Under the pieces are notes generated by a model. The model ran no database searches. It was not told the DNA's origin and saw only the letters and a program-made list of their open reading frames with translations. Both the position numbers and the translations under genes were made by a program. Shown piece by piece: positions 12,880 to 31,678 of a DNA stretch of 64,000 bases. Every line of letters begins with the position of its first letter. Positions within the stretch are counted from its first letter, which is position 1. The DNA is from Amoebidium appalachense (taxonomy: Eukaryota > Protista > Ichthyosporea): assembly GCA_963693365.1 (NCBI GenBank), contig CAVNZM010000002.1:2868259-2932258 (forward strand), in the 5' to 3' direction.

Positions 12880-13095
12880 TGGTTGGATAGTTGGTGGATA
12901 TGCATGTGGAGGGAGGGGAGCGGGAGAGGTATGTCCGTGGATAATTGTTTGGATAGTTGGTGGATATACGTGAAGAGGGGTGCGCTTGCTGTACTGAGAA
13001 GTAAATTTCGAGATAGGTTGTGTGATTTTGGGGGATTAAGAGCTTTTGAGAGGTGTGTTTGTGGATAAATGGTTGGATAGTTGGTGGATATACGT
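12880..13095 (+). repeat. Imperfect direct repeats (TTGGATAGTTGGTGGATA x3) just 3' of the PDC stop codon
   Basis: Motif visible at ~12883, ~12949 and ~13073. Confidence 0.6.
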
Positions 13096-13482
13096 GAGGA
13101 GGGGTGCTTGCTCTTCAGACGTAACTTTGAGATAGTTTGTGTAATTCGGGGGGATTGGGGCTTTTTAGAACGGAGGGGGTTACTATCCAAATTGAAAATA
13201 AGTGAGAGGTATACTTAGTGGGTAGTCGAGAGTATTTGTGGATAGGCTGTGTTTCCAACCTAATTTGCATGGCGAGGATAATGTTTATCGACTGGATGCA
13301 TCTCATGCAGCCCATGTTAGTTGTTCTGGTTTTGGGGATACACACTTACAGCCTGATTTCCTACAGGTTTGTGCAAGCTTCACCAATTGATAGTTCCACC
13401 ACTAATGTTAGTCTTGAAGCACCTGGTCTGTCCTATAGTGTCGTGTTTTTTCCTTTGCTTTTCTTCCTTGTGGAGGAGGAGT

Positions 13483-13522
<40 letters not shown>

Positions 13523-13793
13523 AGGGTCTAGTTGTACACAACCAAGACTAGGTACAACCCTAATCATTAGATCTTTGGCAGCTAGAGCATTATGTTCTGG
13601 TGTGGTTTGGCTGCTTGGACCGCCCAATTGAGTAAATATAAAGTCTTTCGTTCTTTTCCGCATTTTTTGCAACTAAAACCCCTTCTGGCTTCTGAACCCC
13701 CCCCCCCCGGTCCCCTGTCCAATGCAACTGGGATGATCTTCAACATCATGTTTCTCCCTCCCTCCCTCCCTCCCTCCCCCCCCCCCCTCCCCC

Positions 13794-13974
<181 letters not shown>

Positions 13975-14382
13975 TTACTTCCCCTTCCCCTCAACCCAAC
14001 CCGACTTAACCCAACCAAATCTGTGAGGCAGCGAAGGAGGTAACCGGCACACCAGCTCCCCCCTCCCCCCTTCCCCCCCCCCCCCCCCCCCCCCCCGGCC
14101 CCCCTCCCTCCCCCCGCCCGCCTGCCTGCCCGCCTTCCCCCCTCCCGGCCTGCCTACACATACACGCATACACCCAGGGAGAGGGAGAGACCCACACCAT
14201 GTGCTTGCGCCACACACAATATCGACCGTAAAAGAATAGAAACAAAGCAAGAAAGATATTATATAAGCGTCGCAGTAATTACTTATAATGGGTAGTTGCA
14301 AGAAGCGCAAAAAAAAGGAATTCGATTAGAAGAGATCCGCTTTAATCGGCGCAGGCCTAAGACCTGGTGAAAATCTCAATTC

Positions 14383-14857
14383 CCTGGGGTCCCATCCCTT
14401 ACCTCCCCCCCCCCCCTCCCCTCTCCTCTCGGGAGAGGCTCAGTGGCACCATTTAAGCTAACCAATCAGACCTTTTCGTATCATCTCAGATATGCTGACG
14501 GTACCGTCTCTGATCGACATTTGAAGTTTAGCCAATTACACAATAGTGCGTTATCCTATTTATTACTTCCCCCCCTCCCCCACACCCACCACCACCACCA
14601 CCAATACAACAAAACCATCCCATACCCACCCCACTCCAACACCTACACACACCCACGCCCTTCAAATGTCCACCACTGCCACGCCTCCTTCGTCACTAGG
14701 CTATTTAGAGTTACTATACATAGGTCAATTGCACGGGGTCCCCCTCCCCCGTCCCCTCCGCTGTACATCCCCATCACCTCCCTCCCACACTGGCACACAC
14801 ATCTGCACCCCCCCCCCCCCCCCCCCCCCCCTCGGGGTGAGAGGGGATGGGGAGGAT

Positions 14858-14892
<35 letters not shown>

Positions 14893-15042
14893 GAGTACAA
14901 GTTGAGCAAACAATACTTCGAGGGGGTCCTGACTGGTATTACTAAGGTAGGGGCATTAACTTTAGTAACTTTCACTAATGTAGCAGACCAAAGCAGAGTT
15001 GAAACACTCAAACAAAGGATTCTTGATTTTGAAACGAGGGGG

Positions 15043-15124
<82 letters not shown>

Positions 15125-15318
15125 GAGTAGTAGTATTTTTTTTTTTGTGGGGGGGAGGGGGGGGGGGGGGGGCACCCACACCTCCGGCTATCGGAGGGGG
15201 GGAATGGGGGGGGACCAACCACCCACCTGAGTAGGGTGGGTCCCCCCTCCGGGAGGGGGAGGAAGGGGGGGGGGGGGGGGGGGGGGGGGGGTGAAGGGGG
15301 GGGGGGGGGGGACCCAGC
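14383..15318. mobile_element. Possible degenerate MITE with imperfect C/G-rich terminal inverted repeats
   Basis: The left end CTGGGGTCCC..polyC..CTCGGGAGAGG-CTCAGTGG resembles the reverse complement of the right end CCACCTGAG..CCTCCGGGAGGGG..polyG..GGACCCAG; no TSD found. Confidence 0.3.
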
Positions 15319-15549
15319 CACCCCATAGGCTGCCATCATGTAACTATTTGTATCAGATAACTTGATTGCATAATTATGCTATGTAATGTAATCAGCAGTG
15401 ATTTACATGCAATGCCAAAACGTAGACATTGAGGCTAACTATGTAATAGGATCCCTGTTCCTTGATCACCTGAAACTCAGGCGGTCATACTCCCCCCTCC
15501 CCCGCCCCTCCCCCTCCCCCATCCCCGGCACGAACGGGTGGGAAGTGTG

Positions 15550-15624
<75 letters not shown>

Positions 15625-16246
15625 CGCGCTCGCGTGTGTGTGCATGTACAGGCGTGCGCGCGTGCGTGGATGAGCGCGTCATCGGCCCCCCCCCCCCCAA
15701 AAAAAAACTTTTCGAATACAACCTTTGGTTGGTGGAAAAGAGTTAACACCATGATCACGCGCATGCCGGGGGGGAGGGTGGGGGTGGGGGGGGGGGGGGG
15801 GGGGAAGGACCCACCACCCCACTCGGCCACGTGGGTCCTTCCCCCTGCCAGAGGGGGGAAGGGGGGCCCACAAACCCCTGCGACTGCCTTTGGGGTGTGG
15901 GGGGGGGGGGGGGACCACCCACCCACCGGGAAGGGGTGGGTCCCCCCTCCCCCCCCTAAGGGGGTACAAGTACAACCAGGGGCGACGTCGATATTCACTA
16001 CTCCCCCCCCACCCCCCTTCCTTTCAAATTCAAAAATCCCTAAGGGTGTAAGGGCCCTGCACACCGTCAAAGTTTTACGTGTTGTGCACCGTAGTTCGGC
16101 AATTTTCCCCCTTTCCCCTCGCAACTTCGGGGGGGGGGGGGGGGGGGAGGGGGAGGGGGGAGGGGGGTCAGGCAGATGTGTGTATGATAACGATACCCCC
16201 TCCCCTCCCTCCCATCATCACCACCACCGCCGTGACTACACACACA

Positions 16247-16296
<50 letters not shown>

Positions 16297-16845
16297 CACG
16301 CACACTCATAACTATCCCCCCCCCCCTCCTCCCCCCCTCTCCCCCACTCCCCTCCCCACCGCCTGTGCCCACCCCCTCGGGCATGCCAATGACATCACCC
16401 GCGGCACAACTACCATGCAGAGAGACTTTCACCCTCGCTAGCACCATACAACATTGAATTTCTGTAGCGTAAGTTTGAAATCATCAAAGATCAAAGTTTC
16501 AACTGAGTAGTCGTCATGGATAGTGCTGTGCAGCGAGGCCCATGTCCACAGAAATAAACCATAATTGGGTATATTTGTGTGATAGTGGGTGTGAATGTAC
16601 CACTGCCATTGGGTGTGTGGGTGGTTGGGTGGTGCGGGCCGGTACCACTAATTCAAAGCCGTACTAAAGCGATTTATATTGATAGCTGGCACAATATCTT
16701 TCATGCACAGGTTTTTTTCTTTTGGGTGTTGGTTTGCTGGCCAATGGCAAAATCGGGGAGATAATGCCACATGAAGGCCTGGGCCTAGGTATCGTGTGAG
16801 TCATGGTTTGGGTGTCTGTGTCGACGGTGTGTGCTCATGTGCGTT

Positions 16846-16967
<122 letters not shown>

Positions 16968-17537
16968 GTGATATGTGTGTGTGTATGTGTATTTGTATGT
17001 GTGTGCGTGTGTGTATGTGCGTGTGCATGTGTGTGTGTGTGCGTGTGTGTACGTGATGTGTGTGTGTGTGTGTGCATGTCTGTGTGTGTGGCGCAGGGTG
17101 CGTGCGTGTGCGTGCATGTGCATGCTTGTGGCGCTTGCGCATGCGTGCGCGGGAATCGCATGCGTGTGCGGGAGTCTCTTTCCTGATAGTTTTGTGTTCG
17201 TGGTTGTGTGTATGGGTCAGGTCACCGGGCAGGGGGGAAGGAGAGTGGGGGGGGGGGGGGGGGGGGGGGGAGAGGGGGGGGGGGAAGGGGGGGGGGGGGG
17301 GGGGGAAGATGATTCAGTTGGGCTCTAGAATCGGATACTTACGTTTTTTTTCGTTGTTTCGATTCATACAAGTACCCTAATATTGTTCCGTGCTTCTAGA
17401 ACACAAAGGAGCTGGTGGGGAACACATAATTTGCATAGCAAAAGTTTCCATCATTAATCACACGTTCATCTGCTCACAGTCATCCACTACAGATTTCATG
17501 ATAACAAGTACTCCTTAACTCGGATAAGGACTAGTAG

Positions 17538-18800
17538 TTATTCTGGTAGCACACACGTCCTATCGAGGGGGCAGGTCACGCCCACCATAGTCAGCCATTC
17601 GAGCAAGCAGGCGGCATGGAACACGTGCCCACACTGCATAATGCGCCGCACACTGCACCCCTCTTCCATACATTCCAGGCACACACCGCACACATTATCA
17701 CCTTCGCAAGGGTTGGGTGTGAAAGAAAATGAAGGAGCCACCCTCCTAACGTAGTTTCTTGTCAAAGTTTTGGGAGCTACTAGCTCGTCTAGACGTAGAA
17801 GAATCTCGTAGTCATCTGGGGTGATTTCTCTGTGCTGCAAACTGAGAAGAATTGCAATAAGTGGGTCGCTGTTGTCAGCCCCACTCACAGTAGAACCCTT
17901 TTTGCTATTTCTCTTTCCCTTTCCTCCTTTCCTCTTAGGTTTCACCACGAATTTCTTTGAGCTGTTTCGCACACCTCCACTCTCTTTCCGTTTCAAAAAC
18001 TCCCACATTAATCTCTTTTCCTCCCGTTTTCGCTCGTCGCGTGTGCGAGTGTTGTTTACGTTCTCTTCCCACTTCCTCTGAAACCTTGCGCTTGTTGTGG
18101 CGCAGCAGGTTTCACAGGTGGAAGGTGTACCCGTGTGTGCCTGTTTGTGCCCGTGCTTTTTGTTTTTTCTGTCTGCCTTGTTCTTTGGTTTTACCATATC
18201 CGTGACGGTTTCCTCAACCTCGGTAGTGTAGTTCGTATAGACGTAACAATCTAGTTTGTCCAGGTAAGAGTTCTCGCTTTCGTCCCCATGTTCCAAGCCC
18301 CGATTGTTCACGTGCGGAATACTGTCAAGGCAAACACATGCCTGGGCTCTGCCGTTTGCTTTGTAGAGGTAGACACACATGCACGCCAACGACTCAATTC
18401 CACGTGCACCACCAATTGGCTCTGTTTCGTAGACGTCCTCATCACAGAACTCAAAATAAAACGGGGTGTTTTCTTGCACATGTTCTTCGGCAAAATTCTC
18501 TACACGGTCCACGGTGGAAACGTCGGGAGATCGGCAAATAGCACGGCCTAATGTTCTTAGACTAACACCGCCGCTTTGTGATCGTCGTGCACTTGGTGTG
18601 GGGGCGAGGGATTCTCTAGTATGTTTGTGTGGGTCTTCACCTGATAGTTCCTGAAGCCCAGCGAATTCTGCAGCTGCGTTCTGGAGAAAGGTTTGGATGG
18701 GACGAGCTTCGAAGGGTGATAAGGAAGAGGAGGAGGTAAGGAGCTCTTGCTGGCCCAATGCATTGCACGAACCAAAAACGTTAGCCGGATTTGGCGCCAT
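17538..18800 (-). CDS. RING-H2 finger protein (putative E3 ubiquitin ligase), single exon, 420 aa
   Basis: C-terminal CGVCLE..CGHVFHAACLLEWL..CPLD (C3H2C2D variant), preceded by LQHREITPDDYEILLRLDE, which resembles the motif before the RING in ZSWIM2-like proteins; Lys-rich NLS-like segment. Confidence 0.85.
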   Translation of the reverse strand: MAPNPANVFGSCNALGQQELLTSSSSLSPFEARPIQTFLQNAAAEFAGLQELSGEDPHKHTRESLAPTPSARRSQSGGVSLRTLGRAICRSPDVSTVDRVENFAEEHVQENTPFYFEFCDEDVYETEPIGGARGIESLACMCVYLYKANGRAQACVCLDSIPHVNNRGLEHGDESENSYLDKLDCYVYTNYTTEVEETVTDMVKPKNKADRKNKKHGHKQAHTGTPSTCETCCATTSARFQRKWEENVNNTRTRDERKREEKRLMWEFLKRKESGGVRNSSKKFVVKPKRKGGKGKRNSKKGSTVSGADNSDPLIAILLSLQHREITPDDYEILLRLDELVAPKTLTRNYVRRVAPSFSFTPNPCEGDNVCGVCLECMEEGCSVRRIMQCGHVFHAACLLEWLTMVGVTCPLDRTCVLPE

Positions 18801-19636
18801 AGTGCACGTACTTCAGTAGGTGTTGTTAGGCAGTATTTTGCGCTGTGAGATTGTTCTATATGCACACTGCCCAAAGGGGTAGAATGGACTTGGCAGTTGT
18901 GGAAGGCGGGCAGACAGACCCAACATGTACAGCGTGAACAAGGTTGTTTGTAACTTTCAGTTCACGTTGATCACCCGGTTGAAAACCCCTATATATCAGG
19001 AGAAAAAAAGTTTAAGTTGTGACTTAATTCAACCCCCAGTGCTACATTACTGTGTCAGTGTTGTATAAGGGCGCGTTAGGCATGGCCACCGTGTGATACA
19101 GTTCCGTACAGCCAAGCCAAACTTTTATTTCGATTTTCAACAGATCTAAGAGTACCGGTACCACGGTCCGCGGCCATGGCATGCGCGCATACTTTGCGCT
19201 CTGATTGGTTAGATCTAGTTACGTAATACTTGTTAACTTTAATCTAATTGGTCCCCTGAACATTCCTTTCTGGTGCCCGATCTTGCTTACCGCATCGTAG
19301 CGGCCGTTCTCAGCTGTACTGGCCAGTACATGTTCTTGTATGTACTTCGGTTACCCTAGGTAGGATAGTATTGGCGCAGGCAGTTATAAGCTAACAGTCT
19401 AACACATAGTTAAAAAATCTATATGAATATGCACTAGTACACACTTAACCCAGAGTGTGCGAGCCCGGGATGCTGGTCAGGGTTTTGGGGTTGGCCAGTG
19501 TGCAGTCCAGTGCGGTCGGCCAGGTTGCAGTGCGCAAACAATCGAGTTTGGGTCTTCCTCTTCCAGTGTGAGAGTTACAACTTTCTTTGGCCATTAATAT
19601 TGTGTGTGTGTGTGGGGGGGGGGGGGGGGGGGGGGG

Positions 19637-19734
<98 letters not shown>

Positions 19735-20609
19735 ACAGAGAGAGAGTAGAGGGGGGACAGTGTGTACATATAGTATATGCGGGGGGGGGGTTCTTTAATA
19801 TTTGTGTATTTGTGTTAAATAGGGGAAGGGGGAGGGGGGAGGGGAAGGGGGGGTGGGAGGGGGGTGGAGATGGAGGGGCAGCAGCAAGGGTATTGGTGCT
19901 GGTGTGGATCATCCGTAGATATGTGTGTGTGTGGGATTCGCACAGTGGAAATAGTGGACTGAGTTGTGTGTTGTGGGTTGCGGGAGTATCACACTGCGCA
20001 AGCGTTTGTTTGTATGTGTGTGTGGCGCGGAGATGGAAGGGAGGAAAGGGAGGGGAGGTTAGGGGAGAGTGGGGGGGGGGGGAGGTGGGGGGGAGAAGGG
20101 GCAATGTGTTAAATGTGAATGCCGGAAGCCTTGATAGAATCCAAGGTTAGGTGCAGGTATATTACCACATGCTTCCATCATTATTATTAAGAGACAAAGA
20201 TTAACTGTTTGCGTAAGAATCTTGGCGACAGAGGTGGTGGTGGAAGAGGGGGGGGGGGGAACAATTGATGGGACCGGAGGAGGGAGGGAAGGGGAGAGCT
20301 CAAGAGGGGAGGAGGGGGAGGGGGGGGGGGGAGGTTAGGGAGAGGGGGGGGGGATCAAGAAGGGACTCCCGGGGAGGGGAGGAGGAGGAAGAGAGATGGG
20401 AGAGGGGGAGGGGGAAGAGAAGAGGGAGGGGGAGGGGGGCTAGAAAGGGAGAGAAGGGAGGGGGGAGGGGGGGGGGGGGGAGCTCGAGAGAGGATGCTCG
20501 CATTCTCTATCAGCAGATCATAGTTCAGACACTGACTGGTGGTCATCATAGCCTGAGGAAACTCCTGGAGTAGAGAGAAGAGAAATAGAGCACACACATG
20601 CCATTTGCA

Positions 20610-20813
<204 letters not shown>

Positions 20814-21058
20814 CACGTTATGAGACACACATTGCACCATGCACACACTTACTACATAACCGCCCTGACCACCGTGAGTTTCGCACACACACGGTACTAA
20901 AAATGTATATAGTTTTTTTCGATACCAGTTTTACTTCAGAGAGGATACCGCCATTACAAATTGTCTGCACAAACACGTGCACGTAACTGACTCACCAGTC
21001 GCGTGTACCTTGGCACACACAAAAACACACACGCTAACATGCACGCACGCACATAGGT

Positions 21059-21483
21059 TGTTATGATAGAATAGTCTATCTGGTTATTCCTGCTCTTCCC
21101 AAGTTCCCAGTCACGTACTTAGCCTGTTCCCGCCTATCCCGGCCCCGCGTACTTGGGGCGGCGGACCGCCTCAAGCCGCATACGCCAGGAACCATAACTG
21201 TCTTCCTATTGGCTAGTACATAATCCCGATCTATCCTGAGAGACTATCTGTAATCCTATTGGACGATGTTTTCGCGGACTGGCATCCGCGCATGTATATA
21301 AAGCAGCCGGACCATCCTCAGATGGTACCGGAGGATCCGAGATCCCTGCGAACTTCTCTACTCTCGATCCGCTATGTAGAAGTGATTGTCTCTTACTGGC
21401 AGAGGTCACAGGACCGAATCCTGCCTCTGCTCCACATTTATTCTGATAAAGATTTACTAGACAGACACTGTATTACATAAACA
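21059..21483 (+). mobile_element. Possible solo LTR
   Basis: Island of complex sequence from TGTTATG to CATAAACA (near-inverted ends) with TATATAAA at ~21295, set among microsatellites; no TSD. Confidence 0.3.
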
Positions 21484-23162
21484 CGACACACGCAGTGTCA
21501 CACACACACACATACACGCACGCGTATGCACCAACACCCACACATGCACACACACACACACGTGCACATGAACACGCACATACACATACACACACACATG
21601 CATTTTCTCTCTCTCTCTCTCTATCTTTCTCTCTTCCCCCCCTCCCCCCCCGCCCTCTCTAGATCTCTCTCTCAGCGATCGAGAGATCTAGAGAGATCTC
21701 CCTCGAGCTAGCTCTGGATCTCCCCCCCCTCTCTCTCTCCTCCCCACCCTCTCTCTCTCCCTCTCTCACACACACAAGAGTCTGACACGCGCATGTACAC
21801 ACGTACACATTACTTGCAGGGTTCACGGCAAGGACAACCGTTCAGATTGCACTGTACAGATCCTACTGGGAAAAATGATTCCCGCCCTCGGCCGCCCCCG
21901 GCAGGCTGCCGGAACCACCAATCAACCACCATGCAGCCAGCCATGTGTACCGTAGCCAGTGCGCACTGCCCACCACGTTCGTTTAATCGACGTCGGTCAG
22001 TCCAACCCACCACGTGCCACTGACCAGTTCAAAGTACGGTGTTTCAAAACCCACAGATGCACGCAGGCTGTACTGCATGCTTACCATCGTGGATACAGAA
22101 TACATCAAGTCCTCGTGGCTACTTACGTATACCAACTATATGAGACACTTGGTGTACACACATCAAGTTTATATACCAACCACCTTGACACATGTAAGGC
22201 CCCCTTTCGTAGTACATATCGAATCGTGACACACGTTTTACATTTGTACATGTACATGTCACATGATGTGTTTATGCAGGGGCTATTCCGGCGTGTGATA
22301 AATCTGGTACTTTGTATTCCTCGAGGCTCCTACATTCCAAAAATCCGGCACGAATGATGATTGGTGCTTTCACGAGTTAGAGACTCAGAGGAATAATGTC
22401 GTGTTCTTGAAGTCCTTCAAATAAGAACGTATGGGATACTGTTGCGGTGTGTTCTGATCCTTCTGCTGCACGACAAAATCCGTAAAGTACTATAATAGTA
22501 GCTGTAGCTGAATGATATTAAAAAGTCATTTTTCTTTCTCAAGAGAACAACATCTAATTAGCTGTGGCTTTTTGGCTCACGCAGGCAGCCGTGAATGCGT
22601 GACTCTTGACCCTTTCTATTGGCAGATGCATTTGTTTATATCCGACGATTGGTTCCACTGTTATGTATTATGATTGGTCGATGCGACACAGCGCTGCTTA
22701 AATGAGCTGTCTCCCTACACCCTGTCACCTCCACGTTACTTTTATGAGCGCTGGCCTGGAATAAAAAGGGGCACCAGGAATAAATAATTAAAAAAATATT
22801 TAATAATTCTTTTTTCAACAAAATAAAAACGAATTATCGCTTAGGAACAGTGCATCTGAGACGAGCTAGCGGCATGCATATGCTGCTCACGGATAGTGAT
22901 AAAAGAAGTTCTGAAGGCATGTTCTAGGGGGTACCAGGCAACTATAAAAATGAAGAAAAAAGTTGTTGATTTTATTCAGTCGGCAACGCCACAACAAACC
23001 ACGACTTGTTTTGGTTGATCGCCACAGCACCCCTCTCTAGGGCTCTATGTTTGTTTAGCATTACAACACACAACCACAGACTCTACATACTTCTACCACT
23101 GTACTCGGTACCCACAATTAGGCTTTCGCTTGTTTCGTCTATTCCAGAACCAAAACTTGAAA

Positions 23163-24596
23163 ATGACGACTATAGCCGCCCTTCCAGCAGAGCACGGCTA
23201 CGACGACAAGAAGTATGAGGGGTCAAACAACCTCATAGTCGACAGCTCAGCATTTGCAACACACAGTAACCTTCTTGATACTGACGGGCTTGCGCCCGAA
23301 GGTACCGCCCCTGAGCCCCACGCACGGTGGTTCCAGGCGGCATTCCACATGTGCACGGTCATTGCCGGGGCGGGTGTGCTTGGTCTTCCCCATGCGTTTG
23401 CCCAACTCACGTGGGCGGGTGGTATTGCCACACTGATTGCCGTGCTTATTGTGAGCTACTACACAACTGTGCTTCTGGCACGCATGCACGTGACACGCAC
23501 GGATGATGAAAACCTTAAACAGCGCCGTCTGAACACGTACTATGGGGTAGCCGAGTACACAATGGGGAAGAAGCTCGCTGCCTATCTCGTTGCCCCTTTC
23601 CAGGTCGTGATTATTGTTGGCTCAGCCATTGCTTTTCTCATTATTGCCGGTACTATGATCGACGCTATTTACCGCGGCCACTGTCCAAACTGCTCGCACG
23701 TACGCCAGATGGTCTGGACCACCGGAGTTGCGGGTGTTGAAATTCTTCTTTCGTTCTTCCCCTCTCTGGAGAGTATTTCGGGTGTTTCCCTCCTTGCAGC
23801 CATGGCTACTCTCGGTTGCTGCACCATCTCAGTGGCTCTGTGCACGATTCTCGGCCCACAGCCCGATGTGAGCTACACTCTGCCGGCGTCCGATAGTACA
23901 TGGAACATCGTGTGCAGCATCTTCACGGGTATCTCTACCGTCGTGTTTGCCTGCTCCGTCAACGTGATTCTTCCGGAAATCCAGGCTACACTGCGCCCTT
24001 ACCCCTGCCCCACTCAAGAGGGTGTTAAGGCTGTCTCCCTCACGTGGGTTTTTGTCATCATTCTTTACTTTGCTAGCGCATGCACCGGCTACTACGCGTT
24101 TGGTAGCGACGTCAACTCGAATATTCTCATCAGCATTCAGCAGGCAAGCAGTAGCTCGTTTGTTTCCGCGGCCGTTACAGTGGCCGAGGCCTTCATCGTT
24201 TTCCACGTCGTTATTACCTATCAGGTTTTGACCCTCCCCCTGTTCGAGAAAATGGAGCGTGCGGCTGCCCGTAACATCGAAGCGGTTGCTAGACGCCCGA
24301 GGTTTTTTCGGTTCCCTATTCGCTGCTCGTTCATCATCGGCACGTGGTTTGTGGCGTGCGCAATTCCGTTCTTCGGCGACATTATGGGTCTGTTTGGTGC
24401 CCTGGCATGCATGCCTCTGACGTTCATCTTCCCGGCAATGATGTATATAATGTATCATGGGGATAGCTTGGGAAGCCGTGAAAGGTTTGCCTGCCGCGCC
24501 GTTATTTTTGGCGGCGCTGCGGCTGGAGTGATGGGCACCGTCTCGGCTGTCGCTGCGATCATTCAGGATGCCAACACCTTCCAACTGTTTGCGTAA
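23163..24596 (+). CDS. Amino acid/auxin permease (AAAP, Aa_trans; LHT/GAT-like) transporter, single exon
   Basis: WFQAAFHMCTVIAGAGVLGLPHAFAQLTWAGG, ILPEIQATL, GYYAFG and IPFFGDIMGLFGA..PLTFIFP; many hydrophobic segments. Confidence 0.92.
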   Translation: MTTIAALPAEHGYDDKKYEGSNNLIVDSSAFATHSNLLDTDGLAPEGTAPEPHARWFQAAFHMCTVIAGAGVLGLPHAFAQLTWAGGIATLIAVLIVSYYTTVLLARMHVTRTDDENLKQRRLNTYYGVAEYTMGKKLAAYLVAPFQVVIIVGSAIAFLIIAGTMIDAIYRGHCPNCSHVRQMVWTTGVAGVEILLSFFPSLESISGVSLLAAMATLGCCTISVALCTILGPQPDVSYTLPASDSTWNIVCSIFTGISTVVFACSVNVILPEIQATLRPYPCPTQEGVKAVSLTWVFVIILYFASACTGYYAFGSDVNSNILISIQQASSSSFVSAAVTVAEAFIVFHVVITYQVLTLPLFEKMERAAARNIEAVARRPRFFRFPIRCSFIIGTWFVACAIPFFGDIMGLFGALACMPLTFIFPAMMYIMYHGDSLGSRERFACRAVIFGGAAAGVMGTVSAVAAIIQDANTFQLFA

Positions 24597-24864
24597 ATAT
24601 CGCTAACTCAGAAATACAATACTCAATACGCCCGAGTATATGAACACTTGAAACAAAAGTGTGCGGATTAGAGTTAAAGTATAGCCTTGCTTTTCTTGCC
24701 TGAACAAAAAAAGTTTCAGTATAAAACCTATGGTGAGCTGGTTCGAAGAATGATAATCGAAGCAACTCAATTTTCCGTTTTTCCATTACAGTATCGAAAA
24801 CGTAATGACGTTATCGGTTATGTAGAGGCGCGTATGAAAAAACGCTGTCTAACTGTCTATGCGT

Positions 24865-24899
<35 letters not shown>

Positions 24900-25987
24900 T
24901 ACGTAACACACACACAACTCACATTATGATGAAAACACCGTCTTGCCCCTGCATGCACTTGCCATGATATGGAGTATGGTAGTGGATAATTTATTAATGC
25001 AGGCACGGCCGCGGACACACTCTCTGGAGATATTACTGTACTCATTGCGGGCGCCACGTGCACAGACCTCTAATTTGTGCATATTTAAAATTTACGGATC
25101 CTTGAGGGGGAATCCACCAAAATAGTCGTAAGACGCCGTGGGTATACATCCAACGTTTATTATCGCCGGATATGCCATCTTCGAGATAAACAGACCCCTC
25201 ACTCACCCCTACAAATAGCAGGGGTCTTCATATCAAGCCACATGTACAATGAATATTCAACGATTATAATAAGCACAGGATACCAAGTCTTCATATATAA
25301 ATCATTAATTCACCTCACATATACACAAATAAAAACGCTTTTGTGCTGTAAGTCTTGTGACCCAGTCACACACACACAACCTCAAGCCCATACACCTGCC
25401 TATTAGCGAAGTACAGTACAAGAATATAACATTTGCATTACGGTGGTCGATTATCTCGTAAATTCTCTAACTATCCTTCAAGTTTTCGGTACATCATGTG
25501 GCAAAGAGCGCATACCACTGCTCTGTGATATGCCTCCGATAAGGAGTCAACATTCATTCTGTCCCATTCTATCCCTTTTTTGAGCTAACTTTGCATAATG
25601 GTAGCATATCAGAAAGCACCATATATAGTAATGTCAGTGTCCATTTACATTAGAGTGGTTCTTCTGTTACCTAACTCCACAGAAACAACTGTGTCTGTGT
25701 CTGTGTGTCTGTGCGTAGGTGTGTGTACACCTGTGCACGAGTGTGTGTGTGTGGGTGGGTGGGTGGGTGTGTGCGTGTCCTTCAGAGGGTGTGCACGTGT
25801 GCAGACGCGCACAACCGATTCCCACCCCTATACCCACCCAACACACGCACGCATACTCTCTCTATTTTACCCACACACCCACACACCCATACCCACACGC
25901 ACACGCGCACACACACCCACACCCCGCCTGATCCCTGGCGTCTCAAATCCAATCCACCACTCCACCCATGCATAGCAGCCATTCAAA

Positions 25988-31521
<5,534 letters not shown>

Positions 31522-31635
31522 GTCTTCGACGGAGAAGGAGTTTACGTGCTGCTGTATGTGTGTTTGTGTGTTTGTGTGTTTGTGTGTGTGTGTGTTTGTG
31601 TTTGTGTGCGCATGTGTGTAGGGGGTCGGGGGAGG

Positions 31636-31678
<43 letters not shown>

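Noticed and set aside
12880-13095. CRISPR-like repeat-spacer array
   Set aside because: Irregular spacing, mutually related spacers, eukaryotic 3' flank and no cas genes.
21640-21730. GATC/CTAG palindromes within CT/GA tracts (also ~63190-63390)
   Set aside because: Low-complexity context; likely decayed microsatellite or consensus artefact.
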